From positions 4,521 through 68,520 of the forward strand of contig DAIRSQ010000002.1 in NCBI GenBank assembly GCA_036804325.1: a stretch of DNA of 64,000 nucleotides. Reading direction: 5' to 3'. Shown in pieces: positions 20,004 through 29,689 of this stretch (the first letter of the stretch is position 1; each line of letters starts with the position of its first letter). Below the pieces are notes generated by a model. That model ran no database searches, was not told the origin of the DNA, and saw only the letters and a program-made list of their open reading frames with translations. The position numbers were made by a program, and so were the translations under genes. This DNA comes from Candidatus Nanopelagicaceae bacterium. Its GTDB lineage: Bacteria > Actinomycetota > Actinomycetes > Nanopelagicales > Nanopelagicaceae.

Positions 20004-21086
20004 CTACGATTGAGATTTTTCGAGCGCTTGCTCCAAATCTCGCCACAAATCTTCAACATGCTCAATTCCTACTGACATTCGAATTAAATTTTCGGGCACA
20101 TCTGCTGGCTCATCGCCATGACGGCGACGGCGCTCCCAGAGAGATTCCACTCCACCCAGACTCGTTGCATAAGACCAAATTCGTGATGAATTACAGGCTT
20201 TATCTGCCGCACGTGCACCGCCTTTGATCTCAATAGAGATCATGAATCCAAAACCTGGATAACGAACTCGTTCTACGTGAGGATGGCTTCGCAAACGTTC
20301 TACCAAAATCTCAGCGCTTTTCGATGACTGGGTATATCGCAACGGGAATGTTCTAAGTCCGCGAAGAGCAAGCCATGCTTCAAAAGGACCTGCGTTGGCG
20401 CCAGAATCTTTTCTATATGCTAATAATTTCTCGTACAACTCATCTGAATTCGTTACCGCAGTCCCTAAGACAACATCGCTATGCCCAGAAAGCGCCTTAG
20501 TTAAGGAATGGACAACGACATCAGCGCCTAAAACTAAAGGTTGTTGATGTAGTGGAGTTGCAAAAGTGTTATCCATGGCAACTAAAACTCCACGAGATTT
20601 TGCCTCACGAATCAAGACGTTCACATCGGCGACATCTAAAAGAGGGTTAACTGGTGATTCAAAGAAAAGCATCGAGGCGCCATCAAGAGCAGCGACCACA
20701 GATTGAGTATTGGTAATGTCGACCCAGCGAATTTGTAATCGTAGATTAGCTTCCAATTTTCGAAGCTGCACAAGGGTATTCATATAACCCGAGCTTGGCG
20801 CAACAATCACGCCACCGGGTGGCAGTAAATCAAAGGTTGCAGAGATAGCAGACATGCCGGATGAAAAAACAAGAGCCTTGCCAGCTTCCAAAACCCCGAG
20901 AACAGCTTCCAAATCTTTCCAAGTGTCATTATCTGTTCTGCCATAAATATATTCGCCACCTGCACGGAAGGTGGTTGTGACAGAGATACCACCAATAATC
21001 GCTCCACCTGGCTCTCGCTCAGGGCGGCCTTTGAGAACCACTTCAGTTTCTGGATGAAGTGGATCGCTTGGACCTGGGGATGTCAT
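20004..21086 (-). CDS. metB: Cystathionine gamma-synthase / Cys-Met metabolism PLP enzyme
   Basis: FSSGMSAI, ESPVNP, DNTFATP, HSLTKALSGHSD, SLGGVESL, RMSVGIE; exact specificity uncertain. Confidence 0.75.
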   Translation of the reverse strand: MTSPGPSDPLHPETEVVLKGRPEREPGGAIIGGISVTTTFRAGGEYIYGRTDNDTWKDLEAVLGVLEAGKALVFSSGMSAISATFDLLPPGGVIVAPSSGYMNTLVQLRKLEANLRLQIRWVDITNTQSVVAALDGASMLFFESPVNPLLDVADVNVLIREAKSRGVLVAMDNTFATPLHQQPLVLGADVVVHSLTKALSGHSDVVLGTAVTNSDELYEKLLAYRKDSGANAGPFEAWLALRGLRTFPLRYTQSSKSAEILVERLRSHPHVERVRYPGFGFMISIEIKGGARAADKACNSSRIWSYATSLGGVESLWERRRRHGDEPADVPENLIRMSVGIEHVEDLWRDLEQALEKSQS

Positions 21087-21105
21087 GGCTAAATCGTACT
21101 GGAAA

Positions 21106-22629
21106 TTAACTCCGATTAATTATGGCAAAGGCGGCGTTATGTCCCGCTATACCGCTTACTCCTCCACCTCGAAGCGCACTTGCTCCCCCAATAAAAATAT
21201 TTGGATGTGCGCTCTCACTCCCCCAACTCCCTTCGGGTAAGGAGTCGGCAAAGGGCATCGTTAAATCTCCATGAAAGATATTTCCACGCGGCAGATCTAT
21301 CTCTTCTTCTAAATCAAGCGGAGTCTTCACCTCGATACAAGCGCGTCCATCGGAGTCATATGCAAGTACCTCTTCGAGGGGGGTTGATAGATACGAATTG
21401 ATACCTGAAATTATTCGCTCGGTAGCGCGTGCGGTAGTCATCTGACGATCGCGCTCGAAGAGCGATGCCGACGTATGAAATGCAAAAAGCGTCAAGGTAT
21501 GTAGCCCGCTCGAACCAACAATTGATGGATCGGTAAGTGAGTGACAATAAACCTCAGCGGGTATCACGTGTGGCAACGAGCCAGCGTTTGCTAATTGGTA
21601 TGCAGATTCGAGTTGGATCGCGCTTTCATCAATATGGAATGTTCCAGCAAATGCTCGAGTTGGATCAAAACCGCTCCTTAGCTCAGGTAGTTCGCGGAGC
21701 AACATATTGATTTTTATCTGTGACCCATCTAGCCGCGATTTGGGTCCTTCACCAAGCAAGGTAGAGAGCGCCCGATCATCTGCGCACCAGATGAGATCTC
21801 GACATGAATACTTTTCGCCATCACTAGCAACCAATTCGATTCCATTGGCATCGCCATTGATTTCCTCAATTCGTTGGTTAACTTTAATCTCAACGCCAGA
21901 GCTTCTCGCAGCAACTTCTAATTCGGTGACGATTGCGCCCATGCCGCCTTGTGGAACTCGCCATTCGCCTGTTCCATTACCGATGATGTGATAGAGAAAG
22001 CATGCATTCGCCTGCATCTCATTAATTGAGGTAAAAGTTCCAACCAATGCATCTGTCAGAACTACCCCACGGACGATGTCATCGCGAAAACGTTCGTTAA
22101 CTGTCTCTCCAATTGGTTGGTCAAATATTTGGCTCCAGAGCGCGCTATCGCCAAATCCATCCTGGAGTTTTTTCTTATTTTGCAACGGTTGAAGAAGGGT
22201 AGGAGCGAGATATTGCGCCAGCTTTTCGAGCGAACTATAAAACTCTTGCCAAGCGCGGAATTCTCCGTCACCTCCGGTCACCTCTCGAAAAGATACTTCA
22301 GTCTCATGCCCTGGGTTTCGCTCTACTAATAGACCAATATCTTTACCACCTTGATGTACTGGTGTGTAGGAAGAAACTCTCCTTGAGAGAGTTGTAAACC
22401 CAAGACCTAAATCGCGCTTTATTTGATCAGGAAAGAGCGAGACGAGATATGAATAGCGCGAGAGCTTAACTGGGAATTCTGGGAAGGCTTGATAGCTGAT
22501 GGACGCTCCACCCAATGTGGGACGTGCTTCGAGAAGAACTACTCGTTTACCGGCTTTTGCAAGATAAGACGCGGCAACTAAACCATTATGTCCGCCGCCG
22601 ACAACAGCAACATCAAAATCGGGTTTCAT
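21106..22629 (-). CDS. Phytoene-dehydrogenase-like FAD oxidoreductase (PYROXD2-like)
   Basis: GGGHNGLVAA.YLA, SRYSYLVSL, GGMGA, GNIFHG, GGGVSGIAGHNAA. Confidence 0.85.
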   Translation of the reverse strand: MKPDFDVAVVGGGHNGLVAASYLAKAGKRVVLLEARPTLGGASISYQAFPEFPVKLSRYSYLVSLFPDQIKRDLGLGFTTLSRRVSSYTPVHQGGKDIGLLVERNPGHETEVSFREVTGGDGEFRAWQEFYSSLEKLAQYLAPTLLQPLQNKKKLQDGFGDSALWSQIFDQPIGETVNERFRDDIVRGVVLTDALVGTFTSINEMQANACFLYHIIGNGTGEWRVPQGGMGAIVTELEVAARSSGVEIKVNQRIEEINGDANGIELVASDGEKYSCRDLIWCADDRALSTLLGEGPKSRLDGSQIKINMLLRELPELRSGFDPTRAFAGTFHIDESAIQLESAYQLANAGSLPHVIPAEVYCHSLTDPSIVGSSGLHTLTLFAFHTSASLFERDRQMTTARATERIISGINSYLSTPLEEVLAYDSDGRACIEVKTPLDLEEEIDLPRGNIFHGDLTMPFADSLPEGSWGSESAHPNIFIGGASALRGGGVSGIAGHNAAFAIINRS

Positions 22630-22631
22630 TT

Positions 22632-23783
22632 TTAGAGCCAGGGGGTGATTCGGTCTACTGCAGCCTCGAGAATTTCATCAGAGGTAGCAAAATTCAAACG
22701 TGCATGGTGTGTGCCACCATTTCCAAAAGGAATGCCAGAACTGAGCGCCACCCGAGCTTTCTCTAGCAATTCAACGGCGGGATCTTCACCCAACTTTGTC
22801 TGTGAGAAATCAATCCAGGACAAGTAGCTATTTTCAGGATTGGATATTTTTACATTTGGCCACTTTTCGCTTACCAATTTGTGAAGGAGTTTATTACTCG
22901 CCTCCATAGTTGCAATGGCACTGTCTAGCCATTCATCTGCTAGTGAAAAGGAGGCAACGTGGCTAACCGCGCCAATCAGCGAGGCGCGATGGCGAATACC
23001 TTTAACTAATGGTTCGAGCTTCTCGTGTAGTAATTTGCTCTCTGTAAAGAAAATCGAGCACTTCATGCCCGCAAGATTCCATGACTTGCTTGCTGAGGTA
23101 AGAGTTATTACACACTCTTTAGCTTCCTCACTGACAGATGCAAATGGAGTGAAAGTGACGCCAGAGTATGTGAGTGGCGCGTGTATCTCATCACTGAGAA
23201 TAATTACGCCATATTTCTCTGCTAAGGATGCAAGTGCTTGTAGCTCGCTCGCCTTGAAAATTAATCCAAGAGGGTTATGAGGATTAGAGATGATAAAGAA
23301 TTTGGCTCCAGCTGCGAATTCACGTTCAACAGCTGCAAAATCAATTGAATAGTTCTGGCCACTCTTAAGAAGCGGGGCTTCCACAATTGAATGGTGAATC
23401 TCTTTAGTCCAGTTGTAAAACGCCGGATAAATTGGTGGCATCACCACAACTCGATCACCTGGGGCTCCGAGTAAGCGCAAAATTTCAATGGTGGCCACAC
23501 CTACATCGGTAGCTATGCGAATTGATTCTGGATTAACTCTCCAATTCCATCTTCGCTGGGCAAAGCCTGCAAAAGCCTCCCCAAGCTCGGGAAACTTCCC
23601 GAGGTACCCGGTATCTGATCGGCGCATCATCTCTGTAACTGCATCAATTATTGGTTCGGCAACTGGGTAATCCATTTCAGCAACCGGCAGCGGAAGGACG
23701 TCTGAGTCATACTCGCGCCACTTCGTACTTTTTCGAAGCCGTAATTGCTCCAAAGATTCAGTTGCTAATTTTTTACTTACCAC
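22632..23783 (-). CDS. MalY/PatB family PLP C-S lyase (cystathionine beta-lyase-like)
   Basis: S.KW, LPLPVAEMD, NPHNPLG, SDEIHAPL, SASKSWNLAG, RLNFAT. Confidence 0.9.
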   Translation of the reverse strand: MVSKKLATESLEQLRLRKSTKWREYDSDVLPLPVAEMDYPVAEPIIDAVTEMMRRSDTGYLGKFPELGEAFAGFAQRRWNWRVNPESIRIATDVGVATIEILRLLGAPGDRVVVMPPIYPAFYNWTKEIHHSIVEAPLLKSGQNYSIDFAAVEREFAAGAKFFIISNPHNPLGLIFKASELQALASLAEKYGVIILSDEIHAPLTYSGVTFTPFASVSEEAKECVITLTSASKSWNLAGMKCSIFFTESKLLHEKLEPLVKGIRHRASLIGAVSHVASFSLADEWLDSAIATMEASNKLLHKLVSEKWPNVKISNPENSYLSWIDFSQTKLGEDPAVELLEKARVALSSGIPFGNGGTHHARLNFATSDEILEAAVDRITPWL

Positions 23784-24529
23784 TACTGCACCCGATGAAC
23801 CTTATGTTGTGCCGCTTGTGCAACAGGTCTAATTGTCATTGAATCAATATTGAAATGGGCAGGGAGCATCACGCTCCATCGAATTGCCTCTGCAACATCA
23901 GCATCGGTCAGAGGTTTCTCAACTCCCGCATAAATTTTCGCGGCCTTCTCTTTATCGCCGGAGAATCGGGTAAGAGCAAATTCTTCAGTTTTCACCATTC
24001 CAGGAGCAATCTCAGTGACACGTATCGGTTTTCCACTTAACTCCAAGCGTAGTGTGCGAGCCAACGCTACCTCTCCATGTTTTGCCGCTACGTAAGATCC
24101 ACCATTTTCATAAGCAACCTGACCTGCAGTTGAGGTGATGATAACGAGATGACCCTTTCCGTGTTTTTCCATGATTGGGAGAATCTCTTTAATGCATCTG
24201 ACCGACCCCACAACATTTACATCATAAGTTTTCATCCATAACTCTGGGTCTGAATCGACAACGGTATCGAAATCAAATGCGCCACCAGCATTGCAGACCA
24301 GTACCTCGACCGGCCGCCCCTCTAGTTGTTTGGCAAGTTCCTTAACATCGCTATCTTTTGTGACATCAACCTGCAAAACTTCTATCGAGCTATTTTCTTT
24401 TGCTAGAGCGGCAAGTCGATCATTTCGACGCGCTATTGCCACCACATGAAATCCGTTATTGGCCAACAATTGCGCAGTGGCTGCGCCAATTCCACTGCTT
24501 GCTCCAGTTACAACTGCAATGGGCTTCAT
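23783..24529 (-). CDS. SDR family oxidoreductase (YdfG-like)
   Basis: TGASSGIG, NAGG, YVAAK, IAPGMVKTEEF. Confidence 0.92.
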   Translation of the reverse strand: MKPIAVVTGASSGIGAATAQLLANNGFHVVAIARRNDRLAALAKENSSIEVLQVDVTKDSDVKELAKQLEGRPVEVLVCNAGGAFDFDTVVDSDPELWMKTYDVNVVGSVRCIKEILPIMEKHGKGHLVIITSTAGQVAYENGGSYVAAKHGEVALARTLRLELSGKPIRVTEIAPGMVKTEEFALTRFSGDKEKAAKIYAGVEKPLTDADVAEAIRWSVMLPAHFNIDSMTIRPVAQAAQHKVHRVQ

Positions 24530-25464
24530 TACTTCATCCTTCCCTCAGGTCCAACATGTCCATCCCTTTCCTCGTTTTGCTGAGACTTGGTTAGGCTAAT
24601 GAGCGTAGTAACCGCTAATGACGCGATAATAACTCCAAGACTCACAGCGAGTGAGACTTCTGGAATCTTAAATGAGCCAATCTTATGGATTCCAATGCCG
24701 TGGAGCGCTTCGATAAAGAGCTTTACACCAATAAATCCAAGCACAATCGCTAAACCCTTGGAGAGGTAAATGAGCCTATTTAGGAAATCACCAAGTAAGA
24801 AATAGAGCTGACGTAATCCCATCAGTGCAAATGCATTTGCTGTAAAAACAATGTATGGATCTTTAGTGAGACCAAAAATCGCAGGAATCGAGTCAAGCGC
24901 AAAAAGTACATCAGTTGTACCTACTGCCACTAGGGCAATGGTAAATGGAGTTGCTCCGCGCGCAGCAAGGCTTTTGATGAGTCGGGATTCTTGCCAATCG
25001 TCGCTTTCGTCATTGTCTTTTGCGAGATGCCAAGCTGTATAAATTAAAAATGCTCCGAAGAGGAAGAAGACTGCGACAAAACGATGTATCAGCGCAGCGC
25101 CAGCAGCAATAAAAATTCCACGTAATACGAGGGCGAGCAAGATTCCGATAAGTAGTACAAGTTGAGCACGTTCTTTACTCACTTTTAGTCGAGTAAGAAT
25201 AATGATAAATACAAAGACGTTATCGATCGAGAGTGAATACTCTGTGAGCCACCCTGCAAAAAACTCTGAACGTTCTCTGGTGCCTTCCCAGAATCCGAGA
25301 CTCCATCCAAAGATGATTGCCGCGACAACGTAGAACACTGTCCAAAGCGCCGCTTCTTTAGTTGTAGTTTCCTGATTTCGTCTCTTTATTGCGAGGAGAA
25401 GATCGAAGAGAACTACGCCAATCAGAGCCCCGATCGTAATTAACCATACGGAAGCTGGGGTCAT
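24529..25464 (-). CDS. TerC/Alx family membrane protein
   Basis: EYSLSIDNVFVF, DVLFALDSIPAIFG, NAFALMGLRQLYF. Confidence 0.93.
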   Translation of the reverse strand: MTPASVWLITIGALIGVVLFDLLLAIKRRNQETTTKEAALWTVFYVVAAIIFGWSLGFWEGTRERSEFFAGWLTEYSLSIDNVFVFIIILTRLKVSKERAQLVLLIGILLALVLRGIFIAAGAALIHRFVAVFFLFGAFLIYTAWHLAKDNDESDDWQESRLIKSLAARGATPFTIALVAVGTTDVLFALDSIPAIFGLTKDPYIVFTANAFALMGLRQLYFLLGDFLNRLIYLSKGLAIVLGFIGVKLFIEALHGIGIHKIGSFKIPEVSLAVSLGVIIASLAVTTLISLTKSQQNEERDGHVGPEGRMK

Positions 25465-25544
25465 TTCGATCTCTCCTCATCAGGGCATGTAATCGGGCGA
25501 TTGGCAGCTAGCCTAGGGCATCACCTGTAGGAAGGGGTTATTTC

Positions 25545-25949
25545 CTACTTTTTCTCGAGAGTTAGCGAGACTGAATTAATACACCAGCGCTGATCTGTTG
25601 GCGTTTGGTATCCCTCGCCCTCAAAAACATGGCCTAAATGTGATCCGCAATTTGCACATCGAACTTCGGTTCGCACTCGCCCTAATGAATAATCGGGAAT
25701 TAATTCAACAGCAGCTTCATCACCTGGTTGGTAAAACGAAGGCCACCCACAACCTGAATGGAACTTATGTTCACTTCGGAAAAGTTCGGCAGCGCACGCC
25801 TTGCAGCGATAGACACCAACGCTCTCTTCATCGGTATATTCACCGGTAAATGGCGCTTCGGTCGCCGCCCTTCGCAACACGTTGAAAGATAGATTATCTA
25901 CTCGAGCCTTCAATTCATTTTCATCGATGTTATGCGGGTAATCACTCAT
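25545..25949 (-). CDS. msrB: Peptide-methionine (R)-S-oxide reductase
   Basis: TEAPFTG, SGCGWPSF, RTEVRC..CGSHLGHVF, RWCINS. Confidence 0.96.
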   Translation of the reverse strand: MSDYPHNIDENELKARVDNLSFNVLRRAATEAPFTGEYTDEESVGVYRCKACAAELFRSEHKFHSGCGWPSFYQPGDEAAVELIPDYSLGRVRTEVRCANCGSHLGHVFEGEGYQTPTDQRWCINSVSLTLEKK

Positions 25950-25959
25950 CTTTTACCAA

Positions 25960-26487
25960 TCAACTCTGCAGTGAAGCAACGGGAAAAGGTACGCCTGTAG
26001 TTGCGTGGCAATCGTAACCATTTGGATTTTTCTCTAAATATCTTTGGTGGTACTCCTCGGCATCCCAGAAATCAGGCGCTTTAGTGACCTCTGTTGTGAT
26101 TGAACTAAAACCTAATTTAGTTAATTCGCTTTGATAAATCGCTTTGCTTTTTACTGCCGTATCTTTTTGGTCATCCGAAGTGTAAAAAATTGCGCTTCGA
26201 TACTGGGTGCCCACATCATTTCCTTGGCGATTAAGCGTGGTTGGATCATGCATTTCCCAAAATGCTACGAGTACTTGGTCGTAACTAATCTGTGAAGTAT
26301 CGAAAACGACTTTCACAACTTCTGCGTGGTTCGTTGCTCCAGTACAAACCTCTTTATAGGTTGGGTGGGTAGTCGTGCCACCCATATACCCAACGCGCGT
26401 TTCTACAACGCCAACCATCTGCCAGAAGCGACGCTCCGCACCCCAAAAACAACCGGTTCCGAAATATGCGGTATCGAGTGAACTCAT
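25960..26487 (-). CDS. msrA: Peptide-methionine (S)-S-oxide reductase
   Basis: GCFWG, HDPT, RQGNDVGTQYRS, AEEYHQ; start is 26487 or 26493. Confidence 0.96.
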   Translation of the reverse strand: MSSLDTAYFGTGCFWGAERRFWQMVGVVETRVGYMGGTTTHPTYKEVCTGATNHAEVVKVVFDTSQISYDQVLVAFWEMHDPTTLNRQGNDVGTQYRSAIFYTSDDQKDTAVKSKAIYQSELTKLGFSSITTEVTKAPDFWDAEEYHQRYLEKNPNGYDCHATTGVPFPVASLQS

Positions 26488-26772
26488 ATGCATATCCTCT
26501 TACAGATGGGCCATTTTCGTTAACCTGAAGTGGAACTGCCCCGTAGTGCGGAGGGAACCGCGCCACCCCCAGAAGGCAGCTATGAAGCACCGATTCCTCG
26601 AAGGGCGCACCAAATTCTCATAAAAGCGAGAATCCTGTGAGAGGAATTACCCCTGGCTTCCTTGTTCCATGCCCCATCTACCGGGAGAATAGAAAACCTG
26701 CGAAGTAGCCTGGAGAGCTCCAGAGCGGCTCGCGCGATTCTCAACTTTTCCACGTAACGCAAGGGGGCGGCC

Positions 26773-27057
26773 ATGGACTGGCGACATCGCTCTGCTTGTA
26801 GGGATGAAGATCCGGAACTCTTTTTCCCGGTCGGCAACACTGGTCCAGCCTTGCAACAAATTGAAGAGGCGAAAAAAGTGTGCAATCGCTGCTTGGTAAT
26901 TAATGAGTGCTTGAAGTGGGCGTTAGAAAGTGGCCAAGAAGCGGGAGTCTGGGGCGGACTTTCAGAAGATGAGCGTAGAGCGCTAAAGCGACGAGCTGCT
27001 CGTAACCGTGCGCGCGGGATTGAAAGCCCGAACCCTTACGAGATTAATCAGCAATAA
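26773..27057 (+). CDS. whiB1: WhiB-family Fe-S transcription factor WhiB1/WblE
   Basis: MDWRHRSACRDEDPELFFPVGNTGPA, four Cys, GVWGGLSEDERR; convergent with pdtaS as in other actinobacteria. Confidence 0.93.
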   Translation: MDWRHRSACRDEDPELFFPVGNTGPALQQIEEAKKVCNRCLVINECLKWALESGQEAGVWGGLSEDERRALKRRAARNRARGIESPNPYEINQQ

Positions 27058-28517
27058 ATTTCAAGGTGGATTCGAGTTCCACCATTCTCTGCTGGTAGTA
27101 CATCAATCTTTCCACCCAATTCATTCGTGGTAAGAGTCTTCACAATTTGCAAACCAAGGCTGCCGCTCTGTTGAATATCAAATCCCGCAGGAAGACCAAT
27201 GCCATCATCGCTTACCTCTAAGGTAAGTTGATCATTCTGACGATTAACGGATATAGAGAGCCTAGAACCTGTGTTTGCAAGTCCATGCTCATAAGCGTTC
27301 TGAATCAATTCCGTAAGTATTAAAGCTAACGGCGTCGCCACTTCCGGGCGCAATGCGCCAAATTTTCCAATTCGCTCAAGCGTGATTCCGGCTCGCAAGG
27401 TTGAAACATCCTTTACTGCAGAGATCAACCGGTCAGCTACTTCATCGAATTCCACCATCTCCTGAGCGTTTGTTGAAAGCATCTCATGAACCAACGCTAT
27501 GGAACCGATGCGACGAATCGCCTCTTCTATCGCTGAGACAGCTGATGCATCTTCAGCGCGGCGGGTTTGAAGTCTTAGTAGTGCGCTGACAGTCTGCAGA
27601 TTATTTTTTACGCGGTGGTGAATCTCGCGAATCGTCGCATCCTTCGAAATTAACTCGCGCTCACGTCGACGAATTTCTGTCACGTTATGTACCAAAACCA
27701 GCGCACCAACCCGATCATTTCCCGCTGTTAATGGAAGAACGTAGAGATCGAGTACTCCATTACTATTTTCATATTCAATTTGCCGTGGAATTTTCCCATT
27801 AAGTATGGAGTGCCAAGATTCATCTCGAGGGAAGCGAGCCTTAAACCCGCGTGAGAGCGACTCAAGAATTTCGCCAAGATCACCAAGCTCAAGATCCCCT
27901 TGATGGCCAATCTGGCGAAACGCAGAAATAGCATTCGGACTACTAAATGAAATCATGCCATTGCTATCTAGTCGGATTAATCCATCTCCAACTCGCGGCG
28001 TAGTTTCCGTAACTACTTTCGCGGCAGGGAAAGTTCCCTCGCTAATCATTCGAGCTAAATCAAAAGCTGCTTCACGATACGTCATTTCTAGTCGACCTGG
28101 GGAACGCATCTGCTCAACATTTCGATAGCGTGCCACCACTCCGATAACTTTGCTTTTATGCAAAATTGGAATGCATTCCTCTTTTACTAATAGCTCTCCC
28201 ACTGTCTCGGGTTCGGTATCCCGTTGGATTTCACCATCAGAGAGCGCTGCATCTATCCAGGGGCGCTCACCCCACCTTACTTTTTGACCAACAAGATCCT
28301 TTGGGTGCACTGTTGCAGCAGTGGTCGGTCGCATCTGTCCAACTACGACATGACCTTCTGGCCAGCTCTTTGGATTTTCTCTAAGGGGAACCCAGAGGAG
28401 TAAGTCTGCAAAAGATAAATCCGCCAATAGTTGCCATTCAGAGATAATTGCCCTCAAACGATTTATCTCTTCGGCATTGAGAGTGCTCTTTGCCGTCAAA
28501 TCATCGAGCGCTGCCAT
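27048..28517 (-). CDS. pdtaS: Cytoplasmic sensor histidine kinase PdtaS (GAF-PAS-HisKA_2)
   Basis: EWQLLADLSFADL, RPTTAAT, PRVGDG, REIHHRVKNNLQ, DDGIG, GLQIV. Confidence 0.9.
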   Translation of the reverse strand: MAALDDLTAKSTLNAEEINRLRAIISEWQLLADLSFADLLLWVPLRENPKSWPEGHVVVGQMRPTTAATVHPKDLVGQKVRWGERPWIDAALSDGEIQRDTEPETVGELLVKEECIPILHKSKVIGVVARYRNVEQMRSPGRLEMTYREAAFDLARMISEGTFPAAKVVTETTPRVGDGLIRLDSNGMISFSSPNAISAFRQIGHQGDLELGDLGEILESLSRGFKARFPRDESWHSILNGKIPRQIEYENSNGVLDLYVLPLTAGNDRVGALVLVHNVTEIRRRERELISKDATIREIHHRVKNNLQTVSALLRLQTRRAEDASAVSAIEEAIRRIGSIALVHEMLSTNAQEMVEFDEVADRLISAVKDVSTLRAGITLERIGKFGALRPEVATPLALILTELIQNAYEHGLANTGSRLSISVNRQNDQLTLEVSDDGIGLPAGFDIQQSGSLGLQIVKTLTTNELGGKIDVLPAENGGTRIHLEIYC

Positions 28518-28519
28518 AG

Positions 28520-28903
28520 CTATTCACTTACTTTCTCTAGCAATAGAAAATATTCAGAAACGTCATACCACTCTAATTCTTCATCTTCTCCTGTAATTCG
28601 ATAGATTGCGACCAATTCTTCCCACAATAATGAAAAAGCGCCGTTAATTATTCCTGGCTCAGCTTCTCTCACATCGGCTGAAATCAAATCTGCACAATCA
28701 AAGGTTGCAATTATCGGATAATGCACTTGTTCAGATTTGGTTCGGGCAATTTCTAGGGCGGCATATTCAAGATCTTCAAGCTCACTTACCCCATAATCCT
28801 CTGCCACTTTCTCCGTTGGGGCGATGAGATAAGGAGAGGATAATTTCTTGCTCTGCGAAAAAGCGCTGAGCGAACTTGGATTCATAGGGAGATACGCTCG
28901 CAT
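28520..28903 (-). CDS. Hypothetical protein, DUF6912-like
   Basis: MRAYLP N-terminus, EDLEYAA, ELEWYD C-terminus; syntenic position upstream of pdtaS. Confidence 0.65.
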   Translation of the reverse strand: MRAYLPMNPSSLSAFSQSKKLSSPYLIAPTEKVAEDYGVSELEDLEYAALEIARTKSEQVHYPIIATFDCADLISADVREAEPGIINGAFSLLWEELVAIYRITGEDEELEWYDVSEYFLLLEKVSE

Positions 28904-28912
28904 GAGATAAGA

Positions 28913-29689
28913 CTAATTCGGTTTGGCGATCCAGTCGAATAGTGGCGAAAGAGCTCGGACTCCACTCTTACTTAACTCGCCATCAACCTGAAGTCTCTTA
29001 TCAAATGGCAGCATAAATACTGCGGAAATTCCCAGGCCTTGTAATTCCCTCTCGAGAGCTTTGATTCGATTCAAGGCACCGCGAGTCTGAGGCGCTTTTG
29101 TGATTACTACAGCTTGCCTCGTGTATTTACCCTTGTTTTCGAAAACACTCTTAAAGAGCTCGGCAATGCACTCTTCGTCCAACTCTGAACAGTAAATAAC
29201 CTTCTGATCAGCCGATTTCTTACGCGCAAATAAAAGAAACTGATCGCTCGAAGCTAATTCCAAAGTTCGCCTTAGCATTCGTGCACCAACGCGTGGAGCC
29301 ACACCCAAAATTTGCAAGGCATCATCAGATTTTTGACTGTTGAATCCGATTGGTGCAACAGATGATAAAAGACCTGGCAACATCTGAAGTGAATTTTCTG
29401 GAAGAGTTAACACATTAGAGAATTCTTCTTCGCCAATCAGAACTGTAGTTAAGAACTTTCGTTGCAATTCTAAGAAATTGATTTCAATTTCGTCATTTTC
29501 TTTAAAATCAAGCGGAAATGAATCCCAGGTAGAGATAAGAATATAATTACCGCTTGAACTTTCGGGAATTTCGTGAAGTGAGAGAAAGCGCCCAGAAATT
29601 CTAAATTCGGTCAGTTCCAAGACCTTAAGCACTCGTTGTTCTAAATCTGGGTCAACAATTAATAGATTAACTGATAGATCAGAGGTCAT
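28913..29689 (-). CDS. Hypothetical protein; possibly a highly diverged MinD/TadZ-like protein
   Basis: Follows a SAF-domain gene; only a vestigial P-loop-like segment (ILGVAPRVGAR) and a C-terminal LPFD; start moved to ATG 29689. Confidence 0.5.
   Translation of the reverse strand: MTSDLSVNLLIVDPDLEQRVLKVLELTEFRISGRFLSLHEIPESSSGNYILISTWDSFPLDFKENDEIEINFLELQRKFLTTVLIGEEEFSNVLTLPENSLQMLPGLLSSVAPIGFNSQKSDDALQILGVAPRVGARMLRRTLELASSDQFLLFARKKSADQKVIYCSELDEECIAELFKSVFENKGKYTRQAVVITKAPQTRGALNRIKALERELQGLGISAVFMLPFDKRLQVDGELSKSGVRALSPLFDWIAKPN

Noticed and set aside
21106..22629. Carotenoid desaturase crtI
   Set aside because: Motifs fit the PYROXD2-like subgroup and no crtB, crtE or crtY genes are nearby
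25464..25483. Hammerhead-like CUGAUGA...GAAA on the minus strand
   Set aside because: Stem II has at most 2 bp and stems I and III cannot be closed; the GA-rich part is simply the terC RBS
25465..25544. yybP-ykoY (Mn2+) riboswitch before terC
   Set aside because: Only 80 bp and the conserved core motifs are not visible
26523..26612. tRNA fragment (ends GGGCGCACCA) or TPP, cobalamin or T-box element
   Set aside because: No T-loop or T-stem pairing; only short partial matches (AACCTGA..GCGGAGGGA; AGGAAtcGGTG; GGGTGG) without the other required elements
26636..26651. CRP-like site upstream of whiB1 (TGTGA-N6-TTACC)
   Set aside because: Second half-site matches only 3 of 5 positions; too weak to call by eye
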